Part shown: one piece after another, positions 14,646 to 24,677 of the stretch
Layout of the letters: every line of letters starts with the position of its first letter
Position numbering within the stretch: position 1 is the stretch's first letter
From: a virus
Taxonomy: Duplodnaviria; Caudoviricetes
Length of the DNA: 30,808 nt
Virus record (IMG/VR): IMGVR_UViG_3300021517_000016
Span: 1-30,808 of that record
Direction: 5' to 3' (one strand)
Position numbers and translations under genes: made by a program
The notes under the pieces: model-generated
Told to the model about the DNA's origin: nothing
Databases searched by the model: none
Seen by the model: only the letters and a program-made list of their open reading frames with translations

Positions 14646-15475
14646 TGCCCGTCGCAGACCTCGACACCTTCCGCTCTAAGACCGACAACCCGTGGCAGCC
14701 TGTCCCGATCACCAAGTCCGGCCCTACCTCGGTCGCCGCCGCGCGCGCGATCCGAAGCATGTGGACGGTAGCCCCATTCGCTGGCACCACCCCGGCCGGC
14801 GCTGTCGCCCCGTCAATGGCTACGACCGGGGCTATGGAAATCAACTTCCGCCAAAACCCCGGCGGTGGTAACGACCTCTGGTTGGCTGCAGTCGATGTCA
14901 TAAGCTCTGTGCCGGCAAACGTCGGTATGCATCTGATGCTCATCGACCGGCTTTCGCATATGGGCGGGCTTAGCGCGACGACAACTACCGCCCAGAACGT
15001 CAATACGGCGGCTTTGACGCGATATACCCTCGGCGCCGGCGTCATGATGGGGGTCGAGATCTACACACAGATCGGCACCACGGCGACCACCCTCACCGCG
15101 AGCTACACCGACCAGGACAACAACTCCGGCATCACCAGCCCCGTGATTACATTCGGCGGAACCAGCTACCGGGAAGTCAACACCCTGCTGGTGCTGCCGC
15201 TGGCAGAAGGCGACACCGGGGTGCGGTCGGTACAGACCGTGACCGTGGCGGCGACCACCGGCACCGCCGGCAACTTCGGTGTCACGCTGTTCAAGCCGCT
15301 GGCCTTGATCCCCCTCGTCTGCGGCATGCCGACCTCTTGGAACGCCTTGATGGGCGGCTGCGGGCAGTTGGCAGAGATTGCTGACGACGCCTGCCTTGGC
15401 TGGATGGTGGTTTGTTTCGCCGGGCAGACAACCTCCGCGACGATCCACGGCCAAGTCCGCTTCATCGAAGCCTAG
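14645..15475 (+). CDS. Putative virion spike/fibre protein, paralog B
   Basis: LIDRL, YTDQDNNSG, LAEGDTGVRSV, TAGNFGVTLFKPL, DACL; tandem paralog of 13806..14645. Confidence 0.7.
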   Translation: MPVADLDTFRSKTDNPWQPVPITKSGPTSVAAARAIRSMWTVAPFAGTTPAGAVAPSMATTGAMEINFRQNPGGGNDLWLAAVDVISSVPANVGMHLMLIDRLSHMGGLSATTTTAQNVNTAALTRYTLGAGVMMGVEIYTQIGTTATTLTASYTDQDNNSGITSPVITFGGTSYREVNTLLVLPLAEGDTGVRSVQTVTVAATTGTAGNFGVTLFKPLALIPLVCGMPTSWNALMGGCGQLAEIADDACLGWMVVCFAGQTTSATIHGQVRFIEA

Positions 15476-15478
15476 AAC

Positions 15479-16072
15479 ATGGCCTACATCTACCGGCGCG
15501 GCCAGCGGCGCGTCTTTGTCGTCCCCAACGCCGGCATGGCGGACAACCTGCGCGTTCTTCCCCTGGAGGCGGCAGCAAGCGCCCAGACGGTCACTCCGGC
15601 CGGCCTTGCATCGGCCAGTTCTTTCGGTACCGTCACCATTGTCCCGGGCAACGTCACTGTCGCCGTCTCCGGGCTGGCCTCAGCCAGCGCTTTCGGCGCC
15701 CCGACAGTCACCGTCGCAGGGCAAACGGTTACTCCCGCAGGGCTCGCATCCGCCAGTTCCTTCGGGACCGTCACCATCATCCCCGGCGGCGTTATCGTGC
15801 CGGTATCGGGACTGGCGTCAGCCAGCTCCTTTGGCGCAGTTACCATTATCCCCGGGGGAGTTATCGTCTCTCCCGCCGGACTCGCTAGCGCCTCCTCATT
15901 CAGCGCTGTCACGATCCTCACAGGCGGCGTCACCGTCACTGTTTCTGGGCTCGGCTCTGCCTCTCAGATCGGCAACCCCAACGTCTTTGGGGACTTCGTC
16001 CCGGACGGCTCAACCTTCATGCGCATCCTATCCCGCGTTCACTTCGGCAACAGGAGACACCTGAACCTCTAA
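15479..16072 (+). CDS. Repeat protein (six 23-aa repeats), probable fibre shaft
   Basis: The unit GLASASSFGxVTIxxGxVxVxxx is repeated six times with a 23-residue period. Confidence 0.75.
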   Translation: MAYIYRRGQRRVFVVPNAGMADNLRVLPLEAAASAQTVTPAGLASASSFGTVTIVPGNVTVAVSGLASASAFGAPTVTVAGQTVTPAGLASASSFGTVTIIPGGVIVPVSGLASASSFGAVTIIPGGVIVSPAGLASASSFSAVTILTGGVTVTVSGLGSASQIGNPNVFGDFVPDGSTFMRILSRVHFGNRRHLNL

Positions 16073-16341
16073 TGTCCATCCAGATGGGCTGGTACGGCGG
16101 TCCCGGCGGGCTTGACTCCCCGGCTACTGCTGCATTCAGCGTCACCCCCAACGATTCCACAGACTTTGCCTTCTATACCCGCGGCTTGTGGATCGGTGGT
16201 GCAGGCAACCTCTCGGTACAGATGATGAACGACACCATTCTGACGTTCTCCGGTGTCCCTGCCGGTACCCTCCTGCCCCTCGCCGTCCGAAAAGTTCGTG
16301 CAACCGGCACGACCGCTACGAACATCGTCGGTGTCTATTAG
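16072..16341 (+). CDS. Head-spike base protein, RcGTA Rcc01079-like
   Basis: DSPA..AF.VTPND.TD....TRGLWIGGAGNL.V.M......TF..VPAGTLLPL.V..V.ATGTTAT.IV matches the family as I recall it. Confidence 0.8.
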   Translation: MSIQMGWYGGPGGLDSPATAAFSVTPNDSTDFAFYTRGLWIGGAGNLSVQMMNDTILTFSGVPAGTLLPLAVRKVRATGTTATNIVGVY

Positions 16342-16366
16342 CCCCCTCTAAGGAGTAAGCAATCGT

Positions 16367-17020
16367 ATGCGCGCCACTCGGGATGACCTCCTGCTGGCAA
16401 AGATTGCCCTGCTCGAATCCGAGCGGGAGCGCAATCTAAGGATCGCAGAGAAGAACGACGTCGAAACCAAGATGCTCAACCGCCGCCTTCGGGATGAGAA
16501 TGCTTCGTCCAACGAGGCCCAGGTTTACTACTTCCACGGCCCCGTAAGCCCTATCACGTCTGCCGACTGCGTGGAGCTGTTGGCTATGTGGGCGCGTAAG
16601 AACCCTGGTTCCGACATGACTGTGGTCTTCAATAGCCCCGGGGGCTCCGTCTTCGAGGGCCTGGCGCTCTACGACTCCATCCAGGACATTCGTGCCCGTG
16701 GACATCACGTGACTACGAAGTCCATCGGCATGGCAGCCTCAATGGGAGGCGTGCTTCTTCAGGCCGGAGACGAGCGGGTGATGGGCCAAAACGGCTTTAT
16801 GCTCATCCACGAGGTTTCCGGCGGAAACATGGGCAAAGCCTCGGAGCTGGAGGACGTCCTCAAGTTCATGGGGCGTCTCCAAGACAAGTGCTGCGGCATC
16901 CTGGCAAGCCGATCCACCTTGTCGGTGGCGCAAATCAAGCGCAGGTGGAAGAAGACCGACTGGTGGCTCGACTCTGAGGAAGCCCTACGATACGGCTTCA
17001 TCGATCGGATTGAGGAGTAG
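16367..17020 (+). CDS. ClpP-like serine protease (possible prohead protease)
   Basis: FNSPGGSVFEGLALYD, GMAASMG (catalytic Ser), MLIHEV (His), DWWLDSEEALRYGFID. Confidence 0.92.
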   Translation: MRATRDDLLLAKIALLESERERNLRIAEKNDVETKMLNRRLRDENASSNEAQVYYFHGPVSPITSADCVELLAMWARKNPGSDMTVVFNSPGGSVFEGLALYDSIQDIRARGHHVTTKSIGMAASMGGVLLQAGDERVMGQNGFMLIHEVSGGNMGKASELEDVLKFMGRLQDKCCGILASRSTLSVAQIKRRWKKTDWWLDSEEALRYGFIDRIEE

Positions 17021-18535
17021 CTGCCTTCCTATCATGCGAGGGTAACTACCCCGTCAGTCAAAGATCTAGGTGAGCGGGTCCTAGCGTATCCCGACAAGTT
17101 CCAGTGGTTCTTGTCCAAGGGATACCAACCGCATCCGTTCCAGACAATCTTCCATACCCTCGAAAATGGTCCCAAGCTCTGTCGATTCCGGCACCTTGTG
17201 GCAGGTCGTCGTGGTGGTAAAACGCTGTCAGCGGCGTGGGAGCTTCTCTATTATCTGCTCCACCCCGAGCGTCACCACCGGGACGCCCACCAGCAGGACT
17301 CTGATCGTCCCCTCGTCGCCTGGGTTCTGACCAAGGACTACCCCTCGGGCCTACCGGCCCTCCTGACCTTCAGACAGGTTCTACAGGAGGCGGGGCTCCA
17401 GCACGGCGTCGAGTACAAGGAGAACAAAGGCAATCGGTGGTTCGAGTTCGAGAATGGCTCCTGGCTCTTCTTCAAGACGGCTGACGACCCGAACTCCCTC
17501 CGTGGTGCCGGTCTCGACTTCCTCTGGATGGACGAGGCCTCCTTCATCCCCAACGAAGACGCCTGGATGGTTGTGCGCCCGGCCCTGGCCGACCGACTTG
17601 GTTCAGTCCTCGCTACGACGACGCCGGACTACAAGAACTGGTTTTACGACGAGTTCTGGGGCGAGAAGGCCCTTACCGACGATCGCATCGGACGGGTGGA
17701 GTACTGGTCGATCGACAATCCGTACTTTAACGAGGAAGAGTGGCAGTACGTCAAGGAGAACACCCACCCGCTGATCTTCCGACGCGAGTACTGCGCTGAC
17801 TGGAACGCTATGGCGGGCCGCGAGCTCGCCGGCGAGTGGCTCAAGTATTGGGGCTACAAGGCCGACCCGGCCGCAGACATCATCACCCTCCCCCGGGATA
17901 GCGATGGGAAGCTGAAGCCGCTGCGGTTCTACATCGGCGTTGACCCCGCTATCTCACTCAACGACAAGGCCGACCACTTCGCTATGGCTTGTGTGGCCGT
18001 AACCGAGGACCACAGTCAGGCCTTCCTGTACGACACCTACCGTGACCACATTCCGTTCCCGGAGCAGTTGGACAAGATCGCAGAGTGGCACGCTAAGTAC
18101 CACCCGCAGTACATCGGAGTCGAGGCTGTCGCCTATCAGGCAGCCCTGGCTCAGCAGGCGCTTCGTCTCCCCGGACTCCCGAACGTCATCAACATGTTCG
18201 CGAAGGGGAAGAAGTTTGAGCGCATCCTGGCGATGGCTCCTCTCTTCAAGACCGGACGCATCCGGATTAAGAAGGAGCACTCTGACTTCATCGACGAGTG
18301 GTTGGACTACGACTCGGAGCTTAGGAATCCGAAGGACGACCTCCTCGACGCGGTAGAGATCGCACTGCGCACCGCTGGTGCGCTCCTTCCGGGAATGCCC
18401 TCCAGCACTCCCGACCTCCCTTGGACGGAGGACGATATGCCGGCCGGTTCTCTAGAGATGCTCGCCCTGCGCGACCGTCCCGGACACCGGCGACGTAATG
18501 CCCCCTGGGATGAACACCTAGGAACAAACTTCTAA
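17021..18535 (+). CDS. terL: Terminase large subunit (probable CTG start)
   Basis: Walker A AGRRGGKT, Walker B LWMDEA, coupling motif TTP, nuclease IGVDPA and DDLLDA. The frame is open back to CTG 17021, directly after GAGGAG-TAG. Confidence 0.95.
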   Translation: MPSYHARVTTPSVKDLGERVLAYPDKFQWFLSKGYQPHPFQTIFHTLENGPKLCRFRHLVAGRRGGKTLSAAWELLYYLLHPERHHRDAHQQDSDRPLVAWVLTKDYPSGLPALLTFRQVLQEAGLQHGVEYKENKGNRWFEFENGSWLFFKTADDPNSLRGAGLDFLWMDEASFIPNEDAWMVVRPALADRLGSVLATTTPDYKNWFYDEFWGEKALTDDRIGRVEYWSIDNPYFNEEEWQYVKENTHPLIFRREYCADWNAMAGRELAGEWLKYWGYKADPAADIITLPRDSDGKLKPLRFYIGVDPAISLNDKADHFAMACVAVTEDHSQAFLYDTYRDHIPFPEQLDKIAEWHAKYHPQYIGVEAVAYQAALAQQALRLPGLPNVINMFAKGKKFERILAMAPLFKTGRIRIKKEHSDFIDEWLDYDSELRNPKDDLLDAVEIALRTAGALLPGMPSSTPDLPWTEDDMPAGSLEMLALRDRPGHRRRNAPWDEHLGTNF

Positions 18536-18544
18536 GGAGTTATT

Positions 18545-18877
18545 TTGGCTCTTGGTACTGTTACCGAGGTTAAGTCTGGCGTCTTCGGGGACCTGCGCTA
18601 CGCGGTCCTTGACGTCAACGTGACCTCCGGCGCAAACTACACTACGACCGGCGAGCTCTTCTCGCACGTCAACATTCCCGGCTTTAAGGTGAGCCTTCTG
18701 GCTGTCTCCGGCTCGCCCGGTGGGTCCGCCGGCTTTGTCGTCGTCTATGACGCTATCAACGGCAAGTTGATGGCTTTCCGACAGAACGCCACCACCGGTG
18801 CGCTCAACGAGGTTCCGGCGAACACGGATCTTTCCTCGGCAGCGAACCGCGTCCGTCTCATCGCCTTCGGGAAGTAA
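18545..18877 (+). CDS. Probable virion structural/decoration protein
   Basis: AAGGAG with TTG start; YTTTGE...YD..NGKL.AF...EVPANTDLS....R..AFG pattern typical of small phage structural proteins. Confidence 0.7.
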   Translation: MALGTVTEVKSGVFGDLRYAVLDVNVTSGANYTTTGELFSHVNIPGFKVSLLAVSGSPGGSAGFVVVYDAINGKLMAFRQNATTGALNEVPANTDLSSAANRVRLIAFGK

Positions 18878-18878
18878 G

Positions 18879-19172
18879 ATGTTCTCTCGCGAGGGCGCGC
18901 CCCCCTTTGATCCGGGCGTCTGTTTCATCTGTGAGCTTGCGCCTACAGATGGCTTCGTCGATACACTTCGGGAGTTTGATGCCGGGTACTTCAACCCGCT
19001 CAACGGCCGGAAGGTTGTCTGTCTGTCTTGTGTGACTGGTCTCGCTGACGCGATCGGCTGGTCCGAGAACAAGAGCGCGCAGGGGAAGCTCAAGGCCTCC
19101 CAGGCAAAGCTGGCAGAGGCAGGCAATCGTATCGACGCCGCGCTCAAGGCCCTCTCCGAGCCTTCGGCTTAA
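18879..19172 (+). CDS. Hypothetical protein, CxxC...CxxC plus coiled coil
   Basis: ATG 1 nt after the upstream stop; PGVCFIC...VCLSC. Confidence 0.7.
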   Translation: MFSREGAPPFDPGVCFICELAPTDGFVDTLREFDAGYFNPLNGRKVVCLSCVTGLADAIGWSENKSAQGKLKASQAKLAEAGNRIDAALKALSEPSA

Positions 19173-19447
19173 TGGACGAGGGCCTTGTTGCCCAACTCCT
19201 TGAGATCAACAAGCAACTAACGGAGCAGATTGTCGAGCTCTCTCGGGAGCTTGCACAGACTAAGGCGCCTGTTTGGGCGCCTACCGCTCCTATCAAAACC
19301 CGCTCGTTCCCGCTGCATGTGTCGGAGAACGAGGAGGACGCGCAATACCTCCTCTCTACCGGGCAGATCAGTAAGGACGAGTACGAAGACGTACTCAAGG
19401 AGATCGGGTTCATGAACGCTGAAATCACAGTCCCGGTCGGTTTGTAG
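19172..19447 (+). CDS. Hypothetical protein (91 aa)
   Basis: TAATG coupling; N-terminal coiled coil; immediately before the portal gene. Confidence 0.75.
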   Translation: MDEGLVAQLLEINKQLTEQIVELSRELAQTKAPVWAPTAPIKTRSFPLHVSENEEDAQYLLSTGQISKDEYEDVLKEIGFMNAEITVPVGL

Positions 19448-19461
19448 AGAGGAGGTGAGCC

Positions 19462-21933
19462 GTGGCAGACACAAGCGGTTCAACGCGCACTAAGCCCCTC
19501 TCACAACTCAAGACCGTAGAGGATCTGTGCCAAAAGCTAGAGGCCCTAAGAACACATAGGACACCGTTGGAGCGCCAGTGGCGGCTCAACCTGGCGTTCT
19601 ACAAGGGCCGGCAGTACACGTATTACGCTCCCCGCTCTGACCGGCTGGAGACACTCGGGGTGGACGAGGGCACCAAGCCTCGCCATCGCGTCCGGGTGGT
19701 CTCTAACCAGATCATGCCGGGAGCACACACGCTGCTCGCGCAGCTCACCAAGACCAAGCCGCGACTCTTTGCCACCCCCGGCTCTGGGGCCGAGAATGAA
19801 GTCCGTGCTACCCAGATGGCTCAGTCGCTTCTTGAGTATTGGTGGACGGATATCGGACTCGACGAGAAGCTGGACGAGGCTCTCCTCTGGAGCATTGTCG
19901 CCTCGGCCGGTTACTGGAAGATCACCTGGGACCCGTTCGCTGCCAAACAGATGCGCTTCACATTGGGGCCAGATGGGCAGCCGATCGTTGACGAGGCCCT
20001 GAAGGCCGAGTTTAAGCGCAACCTAGAGCAGTACGGTATCGAGCCGGAAGAGAAGATCGTCTACATGGGCGATGTGAAGGTGGATGTCATGTCCCCCTTC
20101 GATGTCTTCCTCGACCCCACCGCCAAGACTTTCGAGGAATCGAAGTACGTCATCTGTCGCCATTCGATGGATCCCGATGACATCAAGGCGCAGTGGGGTA
20201 AGGATCTTCTTCCCGACGCAGCCCCAGCCTCTCCGGACGCCACGATCCCGTACGCCAACGCTGCCGGAGCCCCCGAGCTTTCGGTGCGCAACATCTACAT
20301 CGCTTACTTCAAGCCTGGCGCCTCGATGCCGGACGGCCGCTACGTCGTCTTCACCGAGGGTCAGGAGAAGCAGATTCTCGCAGACGAGAAGTGGCCTTTC
20401 CCCCACAACCAGCTCCCGCTGGTCAAGTTTGCCGGCATGCGCGTCCCTGGGTCGGTCTACGACGATTCCGTTGTTACCCACGCCGTCCCGATCCAGAAAG
20501 AGCTTAATCGCACCCTTTCGCAGATCATCGAGTACAAGAACCTCACGGTTAACCCTCGTATGATCGCTCCCCGTGGCTCGCTTAGCACGAGGCCCACCAC
20601 GGAGCCCGGGCAGGCAATTGAGTTCGACCTCCTTCCCGCCGGCACTGGTTATGCCAAGCCGGAGTGGGAGCAGGTGCCGGCCCTTCCGCCCTACATCCTG
20701 GAAGTACTGAACAACGTTCAGCAGCGCCTCTCCGACATCTTTCTCTCGGCTGAGGTTCTCCAGGGCAAGGTGCCGCCGAACGTCGAAGCCGGCGTAGCAA
20801 TCGACCTCCTGCAGGAGATGGCGACCGACAAGTTGGCGCCGATCATCAAGCTCCTGGAGACGTCGCTAGCCCGCGCAGGTCAGCAGATGCTCGGTCTCGC
20901 CCAGACCCACTACGTCGAGCCGAGGCTCCTGAAGATCAGGGGATCCGGCGGGGGCGTTCAGGTAAAGCAGTTTATCAACTCAGATATCACCGGGAACATC
21001 TCCGTGCACGCGGAGACAGGCTCGGGCCTTCCGCGCACTCGCGCAGGCAGGCAAGCAAGGATTGAGCGGCTGATCGAGATGGGTGTGGTTCCTGTGCATC
21101 AGGCCCACAAGTACCTCGACTTGGCCGATCTCTCCGGGCTGGAAGCTCAGATGGCGGCAGACGAGAACCTCGCTTACCGCAACATCGACAAGATCCTCGA
21201 AGGAAAGCCGATCAACCCCGAAGCCGCGCAGCAGGCCATGATGGCCGTTAACCAAGGCCTCGACCCACAGACCGGCGAGCCCCTAGAGTCCCCAGAGCAC
21301 GCGCAGCAGGTCCTCATTCAGGCCGCGCTGTCACCCCAGCCCGGAATCGACTTCGCAACGCATCTTGCGGTCACGTCGATGTTCATGAAGGGGATCGAGT
21401 TCGAGGGCCTAGGTACGGATACCCGACAGGGTTTCTTCACGTACTTCGCTGCACTGCAGCAGGCCGCTCAGGACAACGCCCCGCAGGCAGAGCCGCAGGC
21501 TCCGAGGGTCAACCTCCAGATCAAGAGCACTGCTGGTCCGGCCACTCAGACCAAGATCCTCCAGAAGGCCGGCGTGCCGGTTGAGGAGGAAGACGCGCTT
21601 GAGCCTCCGCTGCTCACGTGGGTTTCGGACGATGTGGACGAGCCTGATACGGACGCTACCGGCCCCGGTCAGGAAGGTAACAACCTAACCGAAGCCGCGC
21701 TGGCGGTTCTCGAAGCCAAGACAGCGGACGCTGAAGTGAAACGTGCCGCGTTGCGAGATGACGAGGCTAAGGAGCTCGACTCGGTAACGAAGTCTAATGC
21801 AGACCTCCGTGCCGAAGAACTCCACGGGCAGGCCGTACGGAAGGCGTCAGCAGACGCCGACCTGGCTGAGAAGAAGGCTAAGGAGTCTAACTTCAAGCCT
21901 AAACCAGCCCCAGCCAAGCCGAAAGGTAAGTAA
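19462..21933 (+). CDS. Portal protein (large podoviral type)
   Basis: 823 aa after terL; W..NLAFY.GRQY, NQI, V.VMSPFD...DP, QKELNR..SQIIE, helical Q/A-rich C-terminus; GGAGGTG SD. Confidence 0.9.
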   Translation: MADTSGSTRTKPLSQLKTVEDLCQKLEALRTHRTPLERQWRLNLAFYKGRQYTYYAPRSDRLETLGVDEGTKPRHRVRVVSNQIMPGAHTLLAQLTKTKPRLFATPGSGAENEVRATQMAQSLLEYWWTDIGLDEKLDEALLWSIVASAGYWKITWDPFAAKQMRFTLGPDGQPIVDEALKAEFKRNLEQYGIEPEEKIVYMGDVKVDVMSPFDVFLDPTAKTFEESKYVICRHSMDPDDIKAQWGKDLLPDAAPASPDATIPYANAAGAPELSVRNIYIAYFKPGASMPDGRYVVFTEGQEKQILADEKWPFPHNQLPLVKFAGMRVPGSVYDDSVVTHAVPIQKELNRTLSQIIEYKNLTVNPRMIAPRGSLSTRPTTEPGQAIEFDLLPAGTGYAKPEWEQVPALPPYILEVLNNVQQRLSDIFLSAEVLQGKVPPNVEAGVAIDLLQEMATDKLAPIIKLLETSLARAGQQMLGLAQTHYVEPRLLKIRGSGGGVQVKQFINSDITGNISVHAETGSGLPRTRAGRQARIERLIEMGVVPVHQAHKYLDLADLSGLEAQMAADENLAYRNIDKILEGKPINPEAAQQAMMAVNQGLDPQTGEPLESPEHAQQVLIQAALSPQPGIDFATHLAVTSMFMKGIEFEGLGTDTRQGFFTYFAALQQAAQDNAPQAEPQAPRVNLQIKSTAGPATQTKILQKAGVPVEEEDALEPPLLTWVSDDVDEPDTDATGPGQEGNNLTEAALAVLEAKTADAEVKRAALRDDEAKELDSVTKSNADLRAEELHGQAVRKASADADLAEKKAKESNFKPKPAPAKPKGK

Positions 21934-22445
21934 TGGCGAGAAGGATCTACACCGAAGATGAGCAAGCGCAGGTGGCACTCATTTTGCAGGTGAACCGGGG
22001 AGCCCTCCGAACTACGGCTCGGGAGACAGGCATCCCGGTAGGGACCCTCCGCGACTGGAAGATGAAGTGGGAAAAGGAAGGTTACCCCGATGTGAGTGAC
22101 CTTCCCGACCTCCCCGACTTCGTCGTTGTTGCCACCGAGGTACGCGACCTGATGCTCGTGAAGCTACGCGAGAAGGTCGAAGCTGGGCAGGCAACCGCCC
22201 GCGAGCTCGTGACAGGGATCGGTGTCCTTGAGGACAAGATCCGTGTAGCTAAGGGTCTGGCGACCAACCGGACCGAAACCGTAGCGGTGCAGTCGATCGA
22301 CGCTAAGGAGCTGGCTAAAGAGCTGGCACAGTTTGTCGATTCCAGCGCTGCCGCCATTCAGCAGAGAGCAGACGTAATCGACGCTGAGTGGTCCGAAGTC
22401 AAGGAGAGCAAGCCTAGAGCACTCGCCTTGGCACAAGGAGACTAA
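21933..22445 (+). CDS. Helix-turn-helix protein, possibly the small terminase
   Basis: RRIYTEDE...LRTTARETGIPVGTLRDWK HTH followed by helices and G.AT.RTE. Confidence 0.7.
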   Translation: MARRIYTEDEQAQVALILQVNRGALRTTARETGIPVGTLRDWKMKWEKEGYPDVSDLPDLPDFVVVATEVRDLMLVKLREKVEAGQATARELVTGIGVLEDKIRVAKGLATNRTETVAVQSIDAKELAKELAQFVDSSAAAIQQRADVIDAEWSEVKESKPRALALAQGD

Positions 22446-23315
22446 TTGAGTAGTTACGACACCGAAGCGGCCAGGGCCGCACTCGAAGCCGCCATTGACC
22501 CCCCGGTCGAGCCGGTCGAGCAAGCACAGCCCGAATCCACTGAAGTGCCTTCAGGGGTTGACGCAGAGAGCAACTCGGCAGAGAAGCCGGGACTCTTTCA
22601 TGGCGTGGACCCAAATGCCCTTACGCCTGAGATGCGTGAGATGTTCGACTCCATGCAGCGTGACTACACGCAGAAGGCACAGGAGCTTGCAGCTCAGCGT
22701 AAGGAGGTCGAGTCGCTTGGCGACTTCGATCAGGTCCGGAATGCCGTGGAGTTTGCCCAGGCGCTCCGGGACCCCCAGAATCTAGTCCAGCTTCATACTG
22801 AGCTTACGGATTATCTCCAGGAGCTCGGGCTGAGTAAGGCAGAGGCCGAGCAGGTCGCCGCCACTCAGACGGGTCTTGAGACCGAGGACGGTACGGAGAC
22901 GGACTGGAACTATACCGACCCCGATGCGGAGAGCGTCAGGCGCGAGCTTGATGATCTTCGACAGTGGAAGGAGCAGCTAGAGGCAGAGCGGACCCAGAGC
23001 CAGATCGAAGCGGTCTTGGCTCAGCAGGAAACCGCTATCCGCCAGACTAACCCCACGTACAAGGAAGAGGATATCCAGGCGATCTACGAGCTCTCGTACG
23101 CCTACGGCGCCGATCTTGTGTCGGCCCAGAAGGCCTATGAGTCTCATCGCCAGCGGATCCTTTCTTCGTATGTGGACACCAAGACGGCGGTGCCGGCAGC
23201 ACTAACCTCCCCCACTGCTACGGGTGGGTCTCAGATCCCTGAGTCCTTCCCCTCTCTCAAGGAAGCCCATGAGTATGCCAAGCGGCGTGCCATGGTGGAG
23301 CTTGAGGGCCTCTAA
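22446..23315 (+). CDS. Capsid scaffolding protein
   Basis: Acidic and helical, with MQRDYTQKAQELA; lies between portal and capsid genes. Confidence 0.85.
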   Translation: MSSYDTEAARAALEAAIDPPVEPVEQAQPESTEVPSGVDAESNSAEKPGLFHGVDPNALTPEMREMFDSMQRDYTQKAQELAAQRKEVESLGDFDQVRNAVEFAQALRDPQNLVQLHTELTDYLQELGLSKAEAEQVAATQTGLETEDGTETDWNYTDPDAESVRRELDDLRQWKEQLEAERTQSQIEAVLAQQETAIRQTNPTYKEEDIQAIYELSYAYGADLVSAQKAYESHRQRILSSYVDTKTAVPAALTSPTATGGSQIPESFPSLKEAHEYAKRRAMVELEGL

Positions 23316-23372
23316 GTAGAAAGGGTCGGCTATCCCGTAATAGACGACCTCTGAAGGAGATAGCACTAGGTA

Positions 23373-24608
23373 ATGCCTGGCGCAATTATCCAAACTGTCT
23401 CATCACTCCTTAAGGATGTCTACCTCCCCCCGGTGGTAGAGCAGCTCAATAACGAAGTTGAGCTCCTTTCTCGCCTAGAGAAGGTTAAGGACTTCCAGAT
23501 GGTAGGTAACCAGGTTGTCGTCCCGCTGCACACGAACCGCTCAGGCGGTATCGGCTCTCGTACGGAGTCGGGTGGTAACCCGCCTAGGCTCCCGGATGCT
23601 GGTAACCAGACTTGGGCGCGTGCCGTCTACGATCTGACCTACCACTACGGTCGGATCCAGGTCTCCGGTGCAGCGATGGCGAAGACCAAGGCTCAGGTGG
23701 GCTCGTTCCTTGATGTTCTGAAGTCCGAGATGGACTTCCTCAAGAACGACCTGCGCAAGGACCTCGCTCGTCAGGTCTGGGGTCCGTCGGATGGTAACAC
23801 GACCGGCGGTAACGGTCGTATTGTCACCTGCGGTTCGACCTCGTCCTCGTCCACGGTGGTCCTTAACTCCGCTGAGCCGCTTAGGAAGGGACACCTCTAC
23901 GTCGGTATGCGCGTGGACATCGGTACGGCCGGTTCTCCGACCTCGCTGATTAACGGCGAGGCCATTACGGCCGTCAACGTTGCCACGCCGTCCATTACCG
24001 TCACGACTGCGATTACGACTACTACGTCGAACTTCGTGTGTCGGGCCGGTAACGCCGGCAACGAGATCAACAACCTGCAGACTGTCATCGCTGATGCAGC
24101 CAACACGTTTGGTGGCATCAACGCGGCGTCGGCCGGTAACGAGTATTGGGACAACAACCGCGACCTCACGGCGACGACCCTCTCGCTCGACCGGCTGCAG
24201 CAGATGTGGAACACGATTCGTGTGAAGGGTAATAAGACCCCGAGCATTCTTCTGACCACGCCGGCAGGCCAGCGGATCTACTACAACCTCCTGCAGTCGC
24301 AGGTGCGTTACACGGAGCCGCTGAAGATCAAGTCCGGGTACGACAAGGAGGCGCTCGCCTTCAACAACTCGGTCCTCATTGATGATGTTGATGCACGGTT
24401 CGGTCGCGTCTACTTTGTGGACACGGACCACATCAAGAACTTCAGCAACGAAGACTGGCACTGGCTTGCTGAGGACGGCGACGTCCTCAAGTGGGTTACC
24501 AACTACGACGCCTGGGAGGCTGGAATTGCGACCTACTTCCAGCTTGGCGTTGACCGCCGGAACACGATGGGCGTCCTCACCTTCACGGGTGACACGACTG
24601 GCGTGTAA
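23373..24608 (+). CDS. Major capsid protein with an inserted beta domain
   Basis: 411 aa after the scaffold; LKDVY, strong codon bias, Thr-rich insertion at about residues 145-230; followed by a strong hairpin. Confidence 0.9.
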   Translation: MPGAIIQTVSSLLKDVYLPPVVEQLNNEVELLSRLEKVKDFQMVGNQVVVPLHTNRSGGIGSRTESGGNPPRLPDAGNQTWARAVYDLTYHYGRIQVSGAAMAKTKAQVGSFLDVLKSEMDFLKNDLRKDLARQVWGPSDGNTTGGNGRIVTCGSTSSSSTVVLNSAEPLRKGHLYVGMRVDIGTAGSPTSLINGEAITAVNVATPSITVTTAITTTTSNFVCRAGNAGNEINNLQTVIADAANTFGGINAASAGNEYWDNNRDLTATTLSLDRLQQMWNTIRVKGNKTPSILLTTPAGQRIYYNLLQSQVRYTEPLKIKSGYDKEALAFNNSVLIDDVDARFGRVYFVDTDHIKNFSNEDWHWLAEDGDVLKWVTNYDAWEAGIATYFQLGVDRRNTMGVLTFTGDTTGV

Positions 24609-24630
24609 GGCCTTGTAAGGCCTATTGGTT

Positions 24631-24652
24631 GGGGGCTCCTTCGGGAGCCCCC
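24631..24652 (+). terminator. Terminator/stabiliser hairpin after the capsid gene
   Basis: GGGGGCTCC-TTCG-GGAGCCCCC; perfect 9-bp stem, no U-tract. Confidence 0.75.
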
Positions 24653-24677
24653 CGCCTTCCCCTAACTAGGAGACTCT

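Noticed and set aside
23541-24461. 306-aa antisense ORF, and similar ones at 26169..26957 and 14813..15454
   Set aside because: Shadow ORFs expected from GC-biased codon usage of the plus-strand structural genes.
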